DNA of 64,000 bases, taken from IMG/VR virus record IMGVR_UViG_3300006899_000005. The stretch is one strand, 5' to 3'. The stretch comes from a virus. The notes beneath the pieces were generated by a model. That model saw only the letters and a list, made by a program, of their open reading frames with translations. It ran no database searches and had not been told where the DNA came from. This document shows, piece by piece, positions 41,183-51,350 of the stretch (position 1 is its first letter; each line of letters opens with the position of its first letter). The translations under genes and the position numbers were made by a program.

Positions 41183-41479
41183 TCACAGACACAAGACCCC
41201 CAAGTCCTGTTTCCGATACTCCTGGGCCAGTTTTTGTAACGTATGCTGCCTGGCCCAGTCGATCACGCGAGCCAGTGCCCTTCCTGGCTGGGAGCAGGGG
41301 CGATCCATCCTCTGACCCGTCCGGGTATCGATCGCGTGGATGTAGACCCCTCCCTGGCCCTGCGCGATGGCAAAGACGATGTGGGGGAAGTTGAACACGA
41401 AGGGCCCACGGGCCGTGGGGACCTGGCCAGCTAGGACCCGCCACCCGAGCTGGGGGTGAGACTGAGGGGTCGGCGGCAT
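41183..41479 (-). CDS. hypothetical protein
   Basis: TGATG coupling, MPPTPQ start. Confidence 0.5.
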   Translation of the reverse strand: MPPTPQSHPQLGWRVLAGQVPTARGPFVFNFPHIVFAIAQGQGGVYIHAIDTRTGQRMDRPCSQPGRALARVIDWARQHTLQKLAQEYRKQDLGVLCL

Positions 41480-41772
41480 CAGGGCACCTTGACGACAAGG
41501 GTGCCCTTGGCGCCCGGGGCGGAGCCGGCCACCTTTCGGGTGGACACGATGTCCCTCAGGGCCTTGCGAAGCTCTTCCTCGGTCACGCAGACCTCCTTGG
41601 CCTCTGGAGGTAGGACTTCCTGGAAGTCGCAGGCGGTTCGGACGATGTTGTCGGCCGAACGGATGACTTGTCGCTGCTCGGGCGAGCAAGACGTCATGGC
41701 CACGCCGGCCCCGAAGCCGAGGCTCAGGAGGAGGCAGGAGGCGGACAGGATGGGGGAAGGAGGGGTTGGCAT
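41479..41772 (-). CDS. putative lipoprotein
   Basis: Hydrophobic N-region then AMTSC. Confidence 0.55.
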   Translation of the reverse strand: MPTPPSPILSASCLLLSLGFGAGVAMTSCSPEQRQVIRSADNIVRTACDFQEVLPPEAKEVCVTEEELRKALRDIVSTRKVAGSAPGAKGTLVVKVP

Positions 41773-42845
41773 CAGTTCAGGGAGTATACAACCACCCCGC
41801 CGACGTAGAGTCGAACTTTGCCGGCGTTGCCGTTGGAACCCGGAAGCCCTCCGGCCGAGGTACCTCCAGCACCACCGCTGACGTTGAAGAAGTCGCTGTA
41901 GGTCGATCCGCCCGGCATCGTGAAGGTGTTGCAGATGACGATGAAGACTCCACCACCGCCGCCGCCGCCTCCGGACCCGTCCGATGTCGTTCGGTTGCCT
42001 CCGGCGCCTCCCCTGGCGCGGAAGAGCGCGCCGGCCGCCACGGAGATGCTCCCTGCTCGAACGATGCACAGGCAGCCTCCAGAACCTCCGCCGCCTCCCG
42101 CTCCAGAGACGCCTCCGGCGCCTCCCGCCCCTGGGGTGCCGCCCGTTGGCAGAGAAAGGCTGGCCCCCGTGGCCCTCCAGCAGAGCGTGGGGACGTCGAA
42201 GACCCCTGCGTTGGCAATCGATCCTGCTGGTCCTGCCACACCTCCCGTCCGAGGCCCGTTGTTTCCTCCGTTGCCTCCGGTCCCTCCGATGGTCCTGGTG
42301 CTGCCACCCGCGTTGCTTCCGCTCGCTCCGGCCGACCCTCCGGAAGAACCCGCTGTCGAAGTGGTGGAACCAAGGTGGCCAGGACCGATGCCGGCAGCTC
42401 CGGCCGTGCTGTCGGCGGCAGCCGAAGTTCCATCCGCCGAGATGATCGCCCCAGCCGCCATGGTCAGCGTCCCGGAGACCATCAGGGCGTAGTTGGGGAT
42501 CGTCAGGACGATTCCAGCGTTGATCGTGTACGCCGAATACTGGAGGCTGTCGTTTGGCGTCGAGTTGGCCGCCAGCGTGGCCGAGCCGTTCAAGGCGAGG
42601 CCGTAGAGGTAGTCCGAGTAGGCCGGAACGGAGACCGTCGACAGGGCGACCTTGATCCACCTGCCCACACCGCTCTTGGTGGCGATGACGTTGGAGCCGA
42701 GAGCGTCTGCGCTGGTCTTCTGGAGGACCCATGCCGTCTTCTCGGTGATGGCGTAGGCCATCGACCCTTCTTCCGAGTCAGGGACCTGGCTCGTTATGAC
42801 GGCCTGGCTCGTGGCGGTGTAGTCTGGGACGGTCTTGTAGGACAT
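41772..42845 (-). CDS. Gly-rich fibre/virion-like protein
   Basis: GGxGG repeats; N-terminal module shared with 43032..43970. Confidence 0.75.
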   Translation of the reverse strand: MSYKTVPDYTATSQAVITSQVPDSEEGSMAYAITEKTAWVLQKTSADALGSNVIATKSGVGRWIKVALSTVSVPAYSDYLYGLALNGSATLAANSTPNDSLQYSAYTINAGIVLTIPNYALMVSGTLTMAAGAIISADGTSAAADSTAGAAGIGPGHLGSTTSTAGSSGGSAGASGSNAGGSTRTIGGTGGNGGNNGPRTGGVAGPAGSIANAGVFDVPTLCWRATGASLSLPTGGTPGAGGAGGVSGAGGGGGSGGCLCIVRAGSISVAAGALFRARGGAGGNRTTSDGSGGGGGGGGVFIVICNTFTMPGGSTYSDFFNVSGGAGGTSAGGLPGSNGNAGKVRLYVGGVVVYSLN

Positions 42846-42933
42846 CGTGTCCGATAATAAACCAAAAACATCGAAACACTTGATGCTGAAAGTATTTTTT
42901 TACTGATGTAAACGTCGACCCAGGGAGGGGCAG

Positions 42934-43006
42934 CCCATGCCCGCAAGGACGCCCCAAAGGGCATCCCATGCCCGCAAGGACGCCCCAAAGGGCATCCCAT
43001 GCTCGC
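42934..43006. repeat. 31-bp tandem repeat, about 2.3 copies
   Basis: CCCATGCCCGCAAGGACGCCCCAAAGGGCAT at 42934 and 42965, partial at 42996. Confidence 0.9.
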
Positions 43007-43031
43007 TAGACCGCCCCTTCCGGGACCGAGG

Positions 43032-43970
43032 TCACAACGTCTTTCTCGTGACATATCCTCCGATTGACGACGTCAACACCAAGGAGTTCGCGCTCTCCGA
43101 GGATAGCACGTCGGCGTCAGGGTAAGAGTAAGTCGGTGCGGCAGGCCACCTCGACGGCCTGACGGTGATGATCGGGCTCATCGGTCCTGAGACCCACTTC
43201 TGAGAAACAGAGTCCCAACACGCATACCTGAAGGCGAAGATGCCCCTCGGTGGATTTGGAGCATAAGAATGGACTCCGGACGGAGAAAGCCTCTTTCTGC
43301 CTATCCAGTAGACTGCCGAAAGCAAAGAGCTTCCCGAGCTGTCTCGGTACTTCACGATCTCGAAGTAGGGAGCAAGCACGTCTCCTACATTCAGATCGAT
43401 GCCTTGGCCTGTCGAAAATCCGGCGACAGCCCACTCGGTTGGCCTTGAAACGGATACTCCATTGATGGAGCCCCCCCTTGTGCCTCCCGACCCAGAACCT
43501 GGCATACTTGGGTGGTAAAAACCTCCGTACATCTTCGCGTAAGATGGCGAAGGCTGCTGAACCCTCTTGCTTCTGTTTGGCACGTACCTCAAAAGCTCTA
43601 TCTGAGTTTTGTAGGACAGGTTCGAAAGCAGGTCTTCCCTCAGACCGTCCGTTCCCAGCTTGATGACGCCATCGCAAACGATGTTGTTTCCTGTCCTGGT
43701 GAGCCCGTTGTGGACGCTGCCAAGAAGCAGCCTTACCCTGGGCGCAGGAAGCGATGCCGGGGCTATAGGTCCAGCCAGAACCCACCTTCCCGTGCCACTC
43801 TTCGTCGCAAGACAGCTCGGAGAAAGAGTCTGCACGCTCGTGAGAGATAGCTGCCAGTACGTCTTCTCCAAGACACAGTACGCGGTGGATCCCTCATCTG
43901 AGTCCGGAACAAGCTGGGAAAGCTCGGCCTGATTCGAAACGGTGTAGCTTGGCTTGGTCTCATAGGACAT
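43032..43970 (-). CDS. fibre/virion-like protein sharing an N-terminal module with 41772..42845
   Basis: MSYETKPSY...VPDSDEGS.AY...EKT.W.L vs MSYKTVPDY...VPDSEEGS.AY...EKT.W.L. Confidence 0.75.
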   Translation of the reverse strand: MSYETKPSYTVSNQAELSQLVPDSDEGSTAYCVLEKTYWQLSLTSVQTLSPSCLATKSGTGRWVLAGPIAPASLPAPRVRLLLGSVHNGLTRTGNNIVCDGVIKLGTDGLREDLLSNLSYKTQIELLRYVPNRSKRVQQPSPSYAKMYGGFYHPSMPGSGSGGTRGGSINGVSVSRPTEWAVAGFSTGQGIDLNVGDVLAPYFEIVKYRDSSGSSLLSAVYWIGRKRLSPSGVHSYAPNPPRGIFAFRYACWDSVSQKWVSGPMSPIITVRPSRWPAAPTYSYPDADVLSSESANSLVLTSSIGGYVTRKTL

Positions 43971-43976
43971 GATGTC

Positions 43977-44591
43977 TAACCGGAGCCCCCTCGGCCTGGA
44001 AGTATGGCAAGAAGCCTCATCGGGAGACCCGGTGAGCATCGTCTGGAGGTTGCAAGGACCGCAGTAACCGATATGGATCCCCATGATCCTCTCGGCGATC
44101 CTATCGGCGGTCGTCTCGACCTCGTCGCTTGACCTGCTCTCCCACCTCTCCAGCACGTCGCGAGAGACGGACTGGTTCGATCTTCTCCCTTGAGGACGGA
44201 CGACCAGCTCTCCCTTGTTGCTCAGCAGGAAGCTTCCTGGGTAAGAGAAGTCGGTGGCGTGCCCGAACTCGTGGGCGATGATGGCGGCGAACGTCTTGGC
44301 CGGCAGGAGCGCAAGGTCGGAGGCGAGAACGATCAGGGACCCGTCGTTGCGGCAGGCCGCAAAGTGACGTGGAGAGTCTCTCACCCAGTCCTCCACACGA
44401 ATCTTCGTGTGGGCCACTTTGTCCGCTTCGGCTCGGAGGAACACCTTTCGGATCTCCTCGGCCGACTGCAACAGGATAGCCTTCTTCTGCCGATCCGAAA
44501 TCGCAGGTGACCCCGCTGGAATGCAGTGAGGCCCACCCACGATCCCTCGCGTCGTGCCGAGGGTGTCACCTTCCAGCGAGGACCTTCTCAT
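43977..44591 (-). CDS. HExxH metallopeptidase-like protein (ends at TTA)
   Basis: IIAHEFGHA...E..AD; TTA 6 nt before the 43970 start. Confidence 0.7.
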
Positions 44592-45157
44592 GGGAAAATC
44601 TTGTCCCAGTTCTTGATGACCGTCTCGATGACGGAGACGACGATGGCGAGGAACGTTCCCTTGGCGACGTTCTTGGTCGTGACCGTCTCCTTGACCATGG
44701 CGAGCGTCCTGACGGCATAGCTCGCCTCCGTCTTGGCTACGGCCACGTCGTGCTTCACGCCCGTTATTTCTTCCTCGTGTATCGAGTCTTGCTTTTTCCT
44801 TGCGTCCGCCTCGGCGGCCTGGTCGCGTCGGATGACAGCTAGCTCTCGGGCGATCTGCATGAGCGCGTTGTCGGTCTCTGCCGTTCGTCCAGACAGCTTG
44901 TCGTGGATCTTCTTGAGCTGCTCGGAGTAGACTGCCGACTGGTTCCTCACGAGCGCAGAAAGCTTTCCCGTCTCTTCCTCTACGGAGAAAAGCCTTCCTT
45001 CTAGCCTCTGATTCGACCGGATCTGGTCGCGCATGGTCTCGCGAAAGAGACGCAGGAGCTGCTCAGGGTTGTCCGAGTCGGGAAGCTCCGGCATGTCGTC
45101 GAGGGCGTCCATCGGCGGCAAAGAGGGGGGCTGGTGCGTCGTCTTGTCTGCGGACAT
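44588..45157 (-). CDS. coiled-coil protein with C-terminal hydrophobic helix
   Basis: Heptad-like composition, TM-like tail; start inside palindrome. Confidence 0.6.
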   Translation of the reverse strand: MSADKTTHQPPSLPPMDALDDMPELPDSDNPEQLLRLFRETMRDQIRSNQRLEGRLFSVEEETGKLSALVRNQSAVYSEQLKKIHDKLSGRTAETDNALMQIARELAVIRRDQAAEADARKKQDSIHEEEITGVKHDVAVAKTEASYAVRTLAMVKETVTTKNVAKGTFLAIVVSVIETVIKNWDKIFP

Positions 45158-45184
45158 GATGTCCTCAGATGCTACCACGCGAGT

Positions 45185-45970
45185 TCAGTCCTCGACTTCG
45201 AAGCCGCCTTCGAAGTGGGGAGGAACAAGGGCCGGGGCGTCCATCTTGAGCGACGTCAGGTTGATGAACCCCGAGAAGACCCTGGGCTTCTTGCCGTTCC
45301 TTGTCATGGTCCACGACCTTGCGTTGTGTCTCTCGATGACGACGTCGTACTCCAGGCAGCACTGGCCGACGCCGTCGAACTGGCCGCCCTCGCCCGTCTT
45401 GCCTTTCCACGTCGACTCGCCCGTCTGCACGGGCTTGTCGAGGAATACGCCGACGTGGTCCAGCCCCGTGCCGAGGTCCACGAAGAACGGGTCGCCCTCG
45501 TTCCACACCTCGTCGCAGGGCCTGCGGAATGCCCCCAGTCCGATGGAGCCCTGGTGCAGGAGGGTGACGTTCATCCCCATCCTCCACAACTTGGACCCTC
45601 GGATGTTCCACCAAGGCGCGTCCGTGTCAGCGGACACGGTGTCCTTCTTGCCGTCCAGGTCGTCGTCGTCCCGGTTGATGAGGCCCTCTCCCCTCACGCC
45701 GAGAAAGCAGAGCATCCCCCCGGCGAAGTCCACGCACTCGCTGTACTTCGGGTTGCCTTTGGCCCTCCCCTCGGTGATGAACTGGAAGATGTCGACCTGC
45801 CTCTGCGTTCGAACCTTGGTCGACTTGACTCCAGATCCGATGAACTCCCGGAAGATGCTGGAAGCCGCCCGGCGCATCTCTGCCTCCCAGTCCGGCGCGT
45901 CTTGCTCCGGAGGGGTGATCCAGCGATACTTCCAGCTCTCGAACGGGTATGGAGGGGTTCGGTTGGTCAT
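45185..45970 (-). CDS. hypothetical protein, possible Cys/His hydrolase (CHAP/NlpC-like)
   Basis: YSECVDF...GD.F....DHVGVF. Confidence 0.5.
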   Translation of the reverse strand: MTNRTPPYPFESWKYRWITPPEQDAPDWEAEMRRAASSIFREFIGSGVKSTKVRTQRQVDIFQFITEGRAKGNPKYSECVDFAGGMLCFLGVRGEGLINRDDDDLDGKKDTVSADTDAPWWNIRGSKLWRMGMNVTLLHQGSIGLGAFRRPCDEVWNEGDPFFVDLGTGLDHVGVFLDKPVQTGESTWKGKTGEGGQFDGVGQCCLEYDVVIERHNARSWTMTRNGKKPRVFSGFINLTSLKMDAPALVPPHFEGGFEVED

Positions 45971-46440
45971 CGCCCGGTGATCGCCCTGATCCTGGCCACG
46001 ACGCCTGGGAACTTCGGGTCACTTGCCGTCCAGCCCCTCTTGACGCCCGTGTTGACGGCGTTGGTCGCCTCCTGGACGTCGATGTAGGGGTGGACCCTCT
46101 GCTCGAAAGCCTCCTGCTTCCAGACGTAGGTCGGAAAGGGTCGACCGTGCTCGTCTCGCACCATCGCCCATCCTGGCAGGCCAATCCTCGGGTCGGACGG
46201 GTTCTGGCCAGCCGCCAGCGCCGCCAGCTCGGACCACTCCACAGTGTAGGCCGCCCTCTGGTTGTCGTTGTCGACGTAGGAGATGGAAAGGCCGTTCGGA
46301 CCCAGCTTCTTCGTCACGGTGAAGGCGTCGTCGAACGCTTCTCCCTCCGCAAGACCTCCGTCTGCGATGTCATCGTAGGCGTCGTGCCTGTCCGGGTCGA
46401 ACCCCTGGACATTCCTTCCTCGCGGTACGTAATTCGGCAT
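45967..46440 (-). CDS. hypothetical protein
   Basis: 157-aa ORF in operon. Confidence 0.55.
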   Translation of the reverse strand: MPNYVPRGRNVQGFDPDRHDAYDDIADGGLAEGEAFDDAFTVTKKLGPNGLSISYVDNDNQRAAYTVEWSELAALAAGQNPSDPRIGLPGWAMVRDEHGRPFPTYVWKQEAFEQRVHPYIDVQEATNAVNTGVKRGWTASDPKFPGVVARIRAITGR

Positions 46441-46699
46441 CTTTCTTCTCCTCTTCCTTGGCGTCCAAGCTGTCCAGCTCTCTCTGAACCTCCTCCTCGC
46501 TCATCGTCAAGGGGATCCTCGCACCCTTGGCACCCCAGTGATTCAGCGAGAAGAAAGACAGCTTGATGAGCGTGGAAAGGATGGCCTTGCCAGCTTCCGA
46601 CGTCGGCCGCTTGAACTTCCACAGGCTCAGGCCCGCGTACAAGACAAGCGTCGACACCAGGACCACAAGCTCGGCGTTCTGGGCGATCTTCTCCATCAT
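46370..46699 (-). CDS. small membrane protein, holin-like
   Basis: N-terminal TM helix, charged tail. Confidence 0.45.
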   Translation of the reverse strand: MMEKIAQNAELVVLVSTLVLYAGLSLWKFKRPTSEAGKAILSTLIKLSFFSLNHWGAKGARIPLTMSEEEVQRELDSLDAKEEEKKDAELRTARKECPGVRPGQARRLR

Positions 46700-47607
46700 G
46701 GCGCAAGCCCCGTGCTGATGAGAACGCCCGGCCGCTTGAGGCGGCTTGCCGACTGCCCGTTGATGTCCCTGGAGTAGAAGGGAAGGATCCCGGAGTCGAT
46801 GCCGGTGAAGTTCCAGTTCCCGCTGATGCCGCCGTTCGACTCACGATACACGAGCAAGCAAAGCTCGTCTCCCATGACGCGCTCGATGTGGGCGACGTGC
46901 TCTACCTTTCCGGCCAGTGTCGAGGCAAATCCCTGCGTGATGTCGCACTCGGCGTACTGACCGCTCTCGAACGCGGGGACGATCGGCTTCTCCTCGTTGC
47001 CGCCTCCGTTCACCTTGAAGACGCGCGTGTAGTTGGGGTAAACGTTCTGGAACGAGGCGTCTTCCGTCGTGGGCTCCGTTTGCGCGTAGGCAAGCGAGCT
47101 TTCTGCTGCGTAGATCGGCAACCTCCTCTGGCAGGCTCCCGTCCACACGGCACCTCCAGGAGCAGGGCTCACGACCTGCCCCTGGCCATCGTAGTTCGGC
47201 CCGGGTCTGGAGTTGGGCGAGTGGAAAGGAGCGTTGGTGCTCACGGACGTGGCGAAAGACCTGGCTCTCCAGATCAGACGGTACGTGTAAGGAGTCAGCG
47301 TGCTCTCCCCGATGGCCGCCAGGATCTTCGGGATGTGAAGCGTCACCGAGGAGAACATGGGGACGGCGAGGCCACCCATGAGAAATGGGCTGAAGCCGTT
47401 GCTGAAGTCGCTTGAGATGGGGTACGTTCCGCCATTCTTGGCAAACTCGTTCTTCAGCGCTGCGAGCTGCTCCGTTGCCCTTGGGTCCAGGCCATTCTCG
47501 TAGATGGACAAGATGATCGGGATATTCGAAGACTTCCCCTGGTACAGGGCAGGGAACCCCTTTGGACCTCGAAGCTCAGCCAGGATGGAAGCGCGCGCCT
47601 CGGACAT
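46696..47607 (-). CDS. putative structural protein
   Basis: 303-aa ORF; start inside near-palindrome. Confidence 0.65.
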   Translation of the reverse strand: MSEARASILAELRGPKGFPALYQGKSSNIPIILSIYENGLDPRATEQLAALKNEFAKNGGTYPISSDFSNGFSPFLMGGLAVPMFSSVTLHIPKILAAIGESTLTPYTYRLIWRARSFATSVSTNAPFHSPNSRPGPNYDGQGQVVSPAPGGAVWTGACQRRLPIYAAESSLAYAQTEPTTEDASFQNVYPNYTRVFKVNGGGNEEKPIVPAFESGQYAECDITQGFASTLAGKVEHVAHIERVMGDELCLLVYRESNGGISGNWNFTGIDSGILPFYSRDINGQSASRLKRPGVLISTGLAP

Positions 47608-47616
47608 GATGTCTCC

Positions 47617-48819
47617 TCAGGTGTTGACGATCTGAGCGTACTCGATGACAGCCGTGATTTTCACGGCGTCTGTGACGCCTGCTCCGGTAGCGAACACGAC
47701 TCGCAGCTCGCTTCCAGATGCCGAAATGGTGATGGTCCACGAAGCCGAACCGGCGTCGTTGTGGCTGTAGATGACCGATGTGTCGTTGATGGTCAGAGCA
47801 GCGGCTCCGTCCGTTCTTGCGCTCACTCCGTAGATCCATACGGCCTGGCTAGAGGACGCCGTGTCGGCCGCCACGATACGGACCTGCATGACGTAACATC
47901 GGTCTGCCCTCATCAGCACGACGTTGTCGGCGGGGACAGGTTCGATGTATTGACGCAGGGTGATCGATTCGTTCGGCGCCGATCCAGGAGTGCTTCCCGC
48001 AACGACGACCCTGCTGTCCTGGCTCTCTCCGTGGTTGCCAGACTCGCTGCCGCAAGCGAAGGAATCTTCCCCGACAGAATAGGAAGAAGACTGGTACCCT
48101 CCGGACCTTCCGCCCGACCTGTACACCTCGTTCTCGGAGCCTCCCGTGATGCAGGCAGCGAATCCCTCGTAGGTTGGGTCGTCCGGGTTGTTGATGATGT
48201 TGTAGGATCCACCGCAGATCGACGAGTGGTGGAAACCGAGCGTGTTGTTCGTTAGACCGCCGCAGATAACATTCGCTGGCTGCTCGTCCGTCGAGTCCAG
48301 CGTCGCGTTGACGTACCCACCGCCGATCGCGTCGTAAAGCGAAAGGGCCGAGTTGTCCCTTCCTCCGGAGATCGTGCAGTCGACCCCTGTTGCCCCGTCC
48401 AAGGCGGAAGCTGGAGCGTAGTTACAAAAGTTCGTCGCCCCCGAAGCGGCAGGCGTCCTCGTGGGGGCGGAGTCCCTGTTGGCCACCACGTTGTCGTTCG
48501 GGCCAGCGCCCTGGGGCCAGTAGATCGTCGGGCTCTGGTGGGTGTGGTCCTGCCGAGCGTACCTCGCCGAAACTCCAAGGACACTCGTCTCCTGCACCTC
48601 GGGAGGAGCCGTGTCGGCGGGGTCGGGAGGCGTAGGTCCCGAGTAGTTTATCGTGATCGTCTGTCCTGCCTGACCGAGCGTGATGTACGTCCCGCTAGCC
48701 AGCGTCACGTCCCCGGTGAGGTACGGGTTCAGGTCGGCCCTCAGCCTGAACTCCGTCGTCGCCGGAGGGACAGGGCCTACGAGCTTGAGCTTGTCACCGA
48801 GGTTGGGAACTTGCGACAC
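47617..48819 (-). CDS. fibre/adhesin-like protein
   Basis: YARQDHTH motif and repeated I.GG..N beta-helix-like units. Confidence 0.7.
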   Translation of the reverse strand: MSQVPNLGDKLKLVGPVPPATTEFRLRADLNPYLTGDVTLASGTYITLGQAGQTITINYSGPTPPDPADTAPPEVQETSVLGVSARYARQDHTHQSPTIYWPQGAGPNDNVVANRDSAPTRTPAASGATNFCNYAPASALDGATGVDCTISGGRDNSALSLYDAIGGGYVNATLDSTDEQPANVICGGLTNNTLGFHHSSICGGSYNIINNPDDPTYEGFAACITGGSENEVYRSGGRSGGYQSSSYSVGEDSFACGSESGNHGESQDSRVVVAGSTPGSAPNESITLRQYIEPVPADNVVLMRADRCYVMQVRIVAADTASSSQAVWIYGVSARTDGAAALTINDTSVIYSHNDAGSASWTITISASGSELRVVFATGAGVTDAVKITAVIEYAQIVNT

Positions 48820-48831
48820 GACGCCATCCTA

Positions 48832-50886
48832 TCACGCGGGCGCGTCCGCCTTTGCCGGCTCAGGCTGCGGCACGGTCTTTTCCATCTCCGCCCACACCGC
48901 CCGGACCCAAGGTTCGTAGGTCCCCCAAGGGAACGAGCCTCCGGCGACGCGGTACATCAGCTTGCAGAAGTTCTCACCGTCGATCCACTTGGAGAAGGAG
49001 GACACCATGTCCTGTCCTGGCGCTATCGACTCCGTATTCTCCCGGATCTTCAGGGCAAAATCCTTGGGTTCCGCCTGTGGGTTGGACGTGGCGGCTTCCC
49101 GGAACGACTGCTCCAGGATGGGAAGAACCGTCCGCATCATCTCGTCAGCCATCGGCTGCGGACCACGGATGTTGACCGGGGGCATGGGAGGAGGCTGCTG
49201 GGGCGGCTCAGCCTGCTGCTCTGCCTGCTGAGGCTGCTGCTGTGGTGCCGGGGCGGTGCGCTGCTTCTTGGCCTGCCCTCGCTGCGGCTGCCCTTGGCCC
49301 TGCGTTATCTGCTTTGGCTGAACCGGGGTCGGTGGAGCGACGGGCATCTTGATCCCCAGCTTCTCCGCCAGGCCGGATGCCACGAGCATGGCGATGGCTC
49401 CTCCCGCTGGCGTCTCGGCGAAACGGACCACTGATTCCATGATGTCCGCCTTTTCTTCCTTCTCCTCGCCACCTCCACCTCCGCTCAGACCAAGAAGATC
49501 GCTGAGCTGCGCGACCTCCTTGATCTTGTCCTCGAAAGGCTTGTTGACCTGAGCCTCCAGCATGGCGACCTTGGTGGAGAGCCTGTCGTTCTCCGCTCGC
49601 AAGTTGTTGATCTCGGTCGTCTTGGCTTCAAGCAAGATCCCCTGCTGCCTCTCCAGCGACTCCAGGTCGCGCTCACGGTCAGCCCTGAGCGCCTCCAGGC
49701 TTCGCTGGTATTCCGCCTTGGCCGAATCCATCGCGCGTATCGACTCGGACTTCAGAGACTCGGCGCGCTGGCTGAAGGACTCCCTCTCGATCCGCAGGTT
49801 CGCGTCGAACCTCTCCTGCTCGCGAGTTCGGATCTCACGCTCCTCAGCTCGCGTCTTCTCCTGGATCTTGGAAATCTCGCTGTTGAGCCTCTCGACGCGG
49901 GACTCGAAGTCCTGCCGGATCCTCATCTCGGAATCTCGGTTGCTGCTGTTGATGCGCTCGATTCGCTCTTCGAAGGCGCTCCTGATGCGCTCGATCTCTC
50001 CTGTGTAGGATCCACGGAGTCGGTCGATCTCACCCTCGTAGTGAGAACGCATCCGGTTGACCTCCTCGGCGTGCATCGCCCTGAGCTGGTCCACCCTCTC
50101 CCTATCGGAGTCGAGCGTCCTTTCGACCAGGCGTTCGGCCATGGGATCGCGTCGGCTGGAACCTTCCCTGATGAGCCTCTCCAGCTCCGCGTTCCTCGCG
50201 TTCGCAGCCGCAAGCTGATCCTTTACAAGATCGAGCAACTGCGCCGATGCCGGGTCCGATTTGCTCGACTCCAGGGCCTTCTGGAGAAGCACGTCTTCTC
50301 TCTTCGCCTCCGCGTTGATCCTGGCGATCTCCACGCTCGGGTGGACGGAAGGTCCGTAAGGGTTGATCGGCGGCATGAAGTTGTTCGACTGGGTCATGGG
50401 CTTGTCCGGTACGGAGTGCTTGATGCCGTCTTTTCGGATGATCTTGGGCCGACCCGTCGTCGGGTCGACGCTGTTTTGCGAAGGTCCGATGACCCACACC
50501 TCGTAGTCTCCGGCGCCGAACATGTCGCGAAAACCGTCGATCGAGGCCAAGTCCTTGCCGTCGTGGTAGGAGCAGAACTCCCCCAGGACGCCGTCGACCT
50601 TCATGCCGTTGAGGACCTTGGGACGGACGCGCTCGACAACGAGCTTCCAACCGGAACCTTCCCTCTGGATCTCGGGGTACTTGGCGCGCAGGTCGGAAAG
50701 CGTCTCGCACTTGCTGACCTTGCCGTCCTCCTCGACGCCTACCTCGGCCAGGTTGATGACGCCGCCGACCCTCGGAGCCGCCGATCCGCTCGAAAGAAGC
50801 TCGCCGATCGCGGGACCCCTCTGGGGCTCCGGCGTCACGAGACCTGGGTCCGGAGGCAGGAGGCTCCCGATGGTCCCCTCGGCCAT
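48832..50886 (-). CDS. long coiled-coil protein with Pro/Gln-rich region
   Basis: E/R-rich heptads, PQQ stretch. Confidence 0.75.
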   Translation of the reverse strand: MAEGTIGSLLPPDPGLVTPEPQRGPAIGELLSSGSAAPRVGGVINLAEVGVEEDGKVSKCETLSDLRAKYPEIQREGSGWKLVVERVRPKVLNGMKVDGVLGEFCSYHDGKDLASIDGFRDMFGAGDYEVWVIGPSQNSVDPTTGRPKIIRKDGIKHSVPDKPMTQSNNFMPPINPYGPSVHPSVEIARINAEAKREDVLLQKALESSKSDPASAQLLDLVKDQLAAANARNAELERLIREGSSRRDPMAERLVERTLDSDRERVDQLRAMHAEEVNRMRSHYEGEIDRLRGSYTGEIERIRSAFEERIERINSSNRDSEMRIRQDFESRVERLNSEISKIQEKTRAEEREIRTREQERFDANLRIERESFSQRAESLKSESIRAMDSAKAEYQRSLEALRADRERDLESLERQQGILLEAKTTEINNLRAENDRLSTKVAMLEAQVNKPFEDKIKEVAQLSDLLGLSGGGGGEEKEEKADIMESVVRFAETPAGGAIAMLVASGLAEKLGIKMPVAPPTPVQPKQITQGQGQPQRGQAKKQRTAPAPQQQPQQAEQQAEPPQQPPPMPPVNIRGPQPMADEMMRTVLPILEQSFREAATSNPQAEPKDFALKIRENTESIAPGQDMVSSFSKWIDGENFCKLMYRVAGGSFPWGTYEPWVRAVWAEMEKTVPQPEPAKADAPA

Positions 50887-51350
50887 AAGTCTTCCTCTTC
50901 CCCGAGCTGGGAGGACACGATGTCCCTGATCTGGGAAACCTTGTCCCTGATGATCGTCTTCAGGCCCGGCTTGTTGCTCTCGGATGCGGCAAGGATGTCC
51001 GCGGCGAGAGTTTCGATCTCCTCGAAGGCGGCGGCAACATCGTCGCTCATGCCGTCCTCAACCTGCTCTTCGAGGCTGGAGATGCGCAGGCTGACGGAAG
51101 ACACGAAGAGGGCGAGAAGAGCGGCGATCTCCTTCGTCTCCTGGCTCTTCGACTCGTTGGCGATGCCCTGGACCTTCTGGAAAATTTCCATGAAGTCGGG
51201 GTTCGACTGGAGGCTCTCCTCGGCTGCCTGAAGGTAGTCGATGTTGATGCCTTCCGCCTTCACTTCCTGCTCCGCCGCCGGGGGAGTGGCCAGCTTCGTC
51301 GCGTCCGCGGGTGGCGTGGCTGATAGGTTGTCGAACTTGTCGATGCTCAT
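50886..51350 (-). CDS. acidic helical protein (ends at TTA, TTATG overlap)
   Basis: GAGG RBS; EEED-TTA overlaps the next ATG. Confidence 0.65.
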
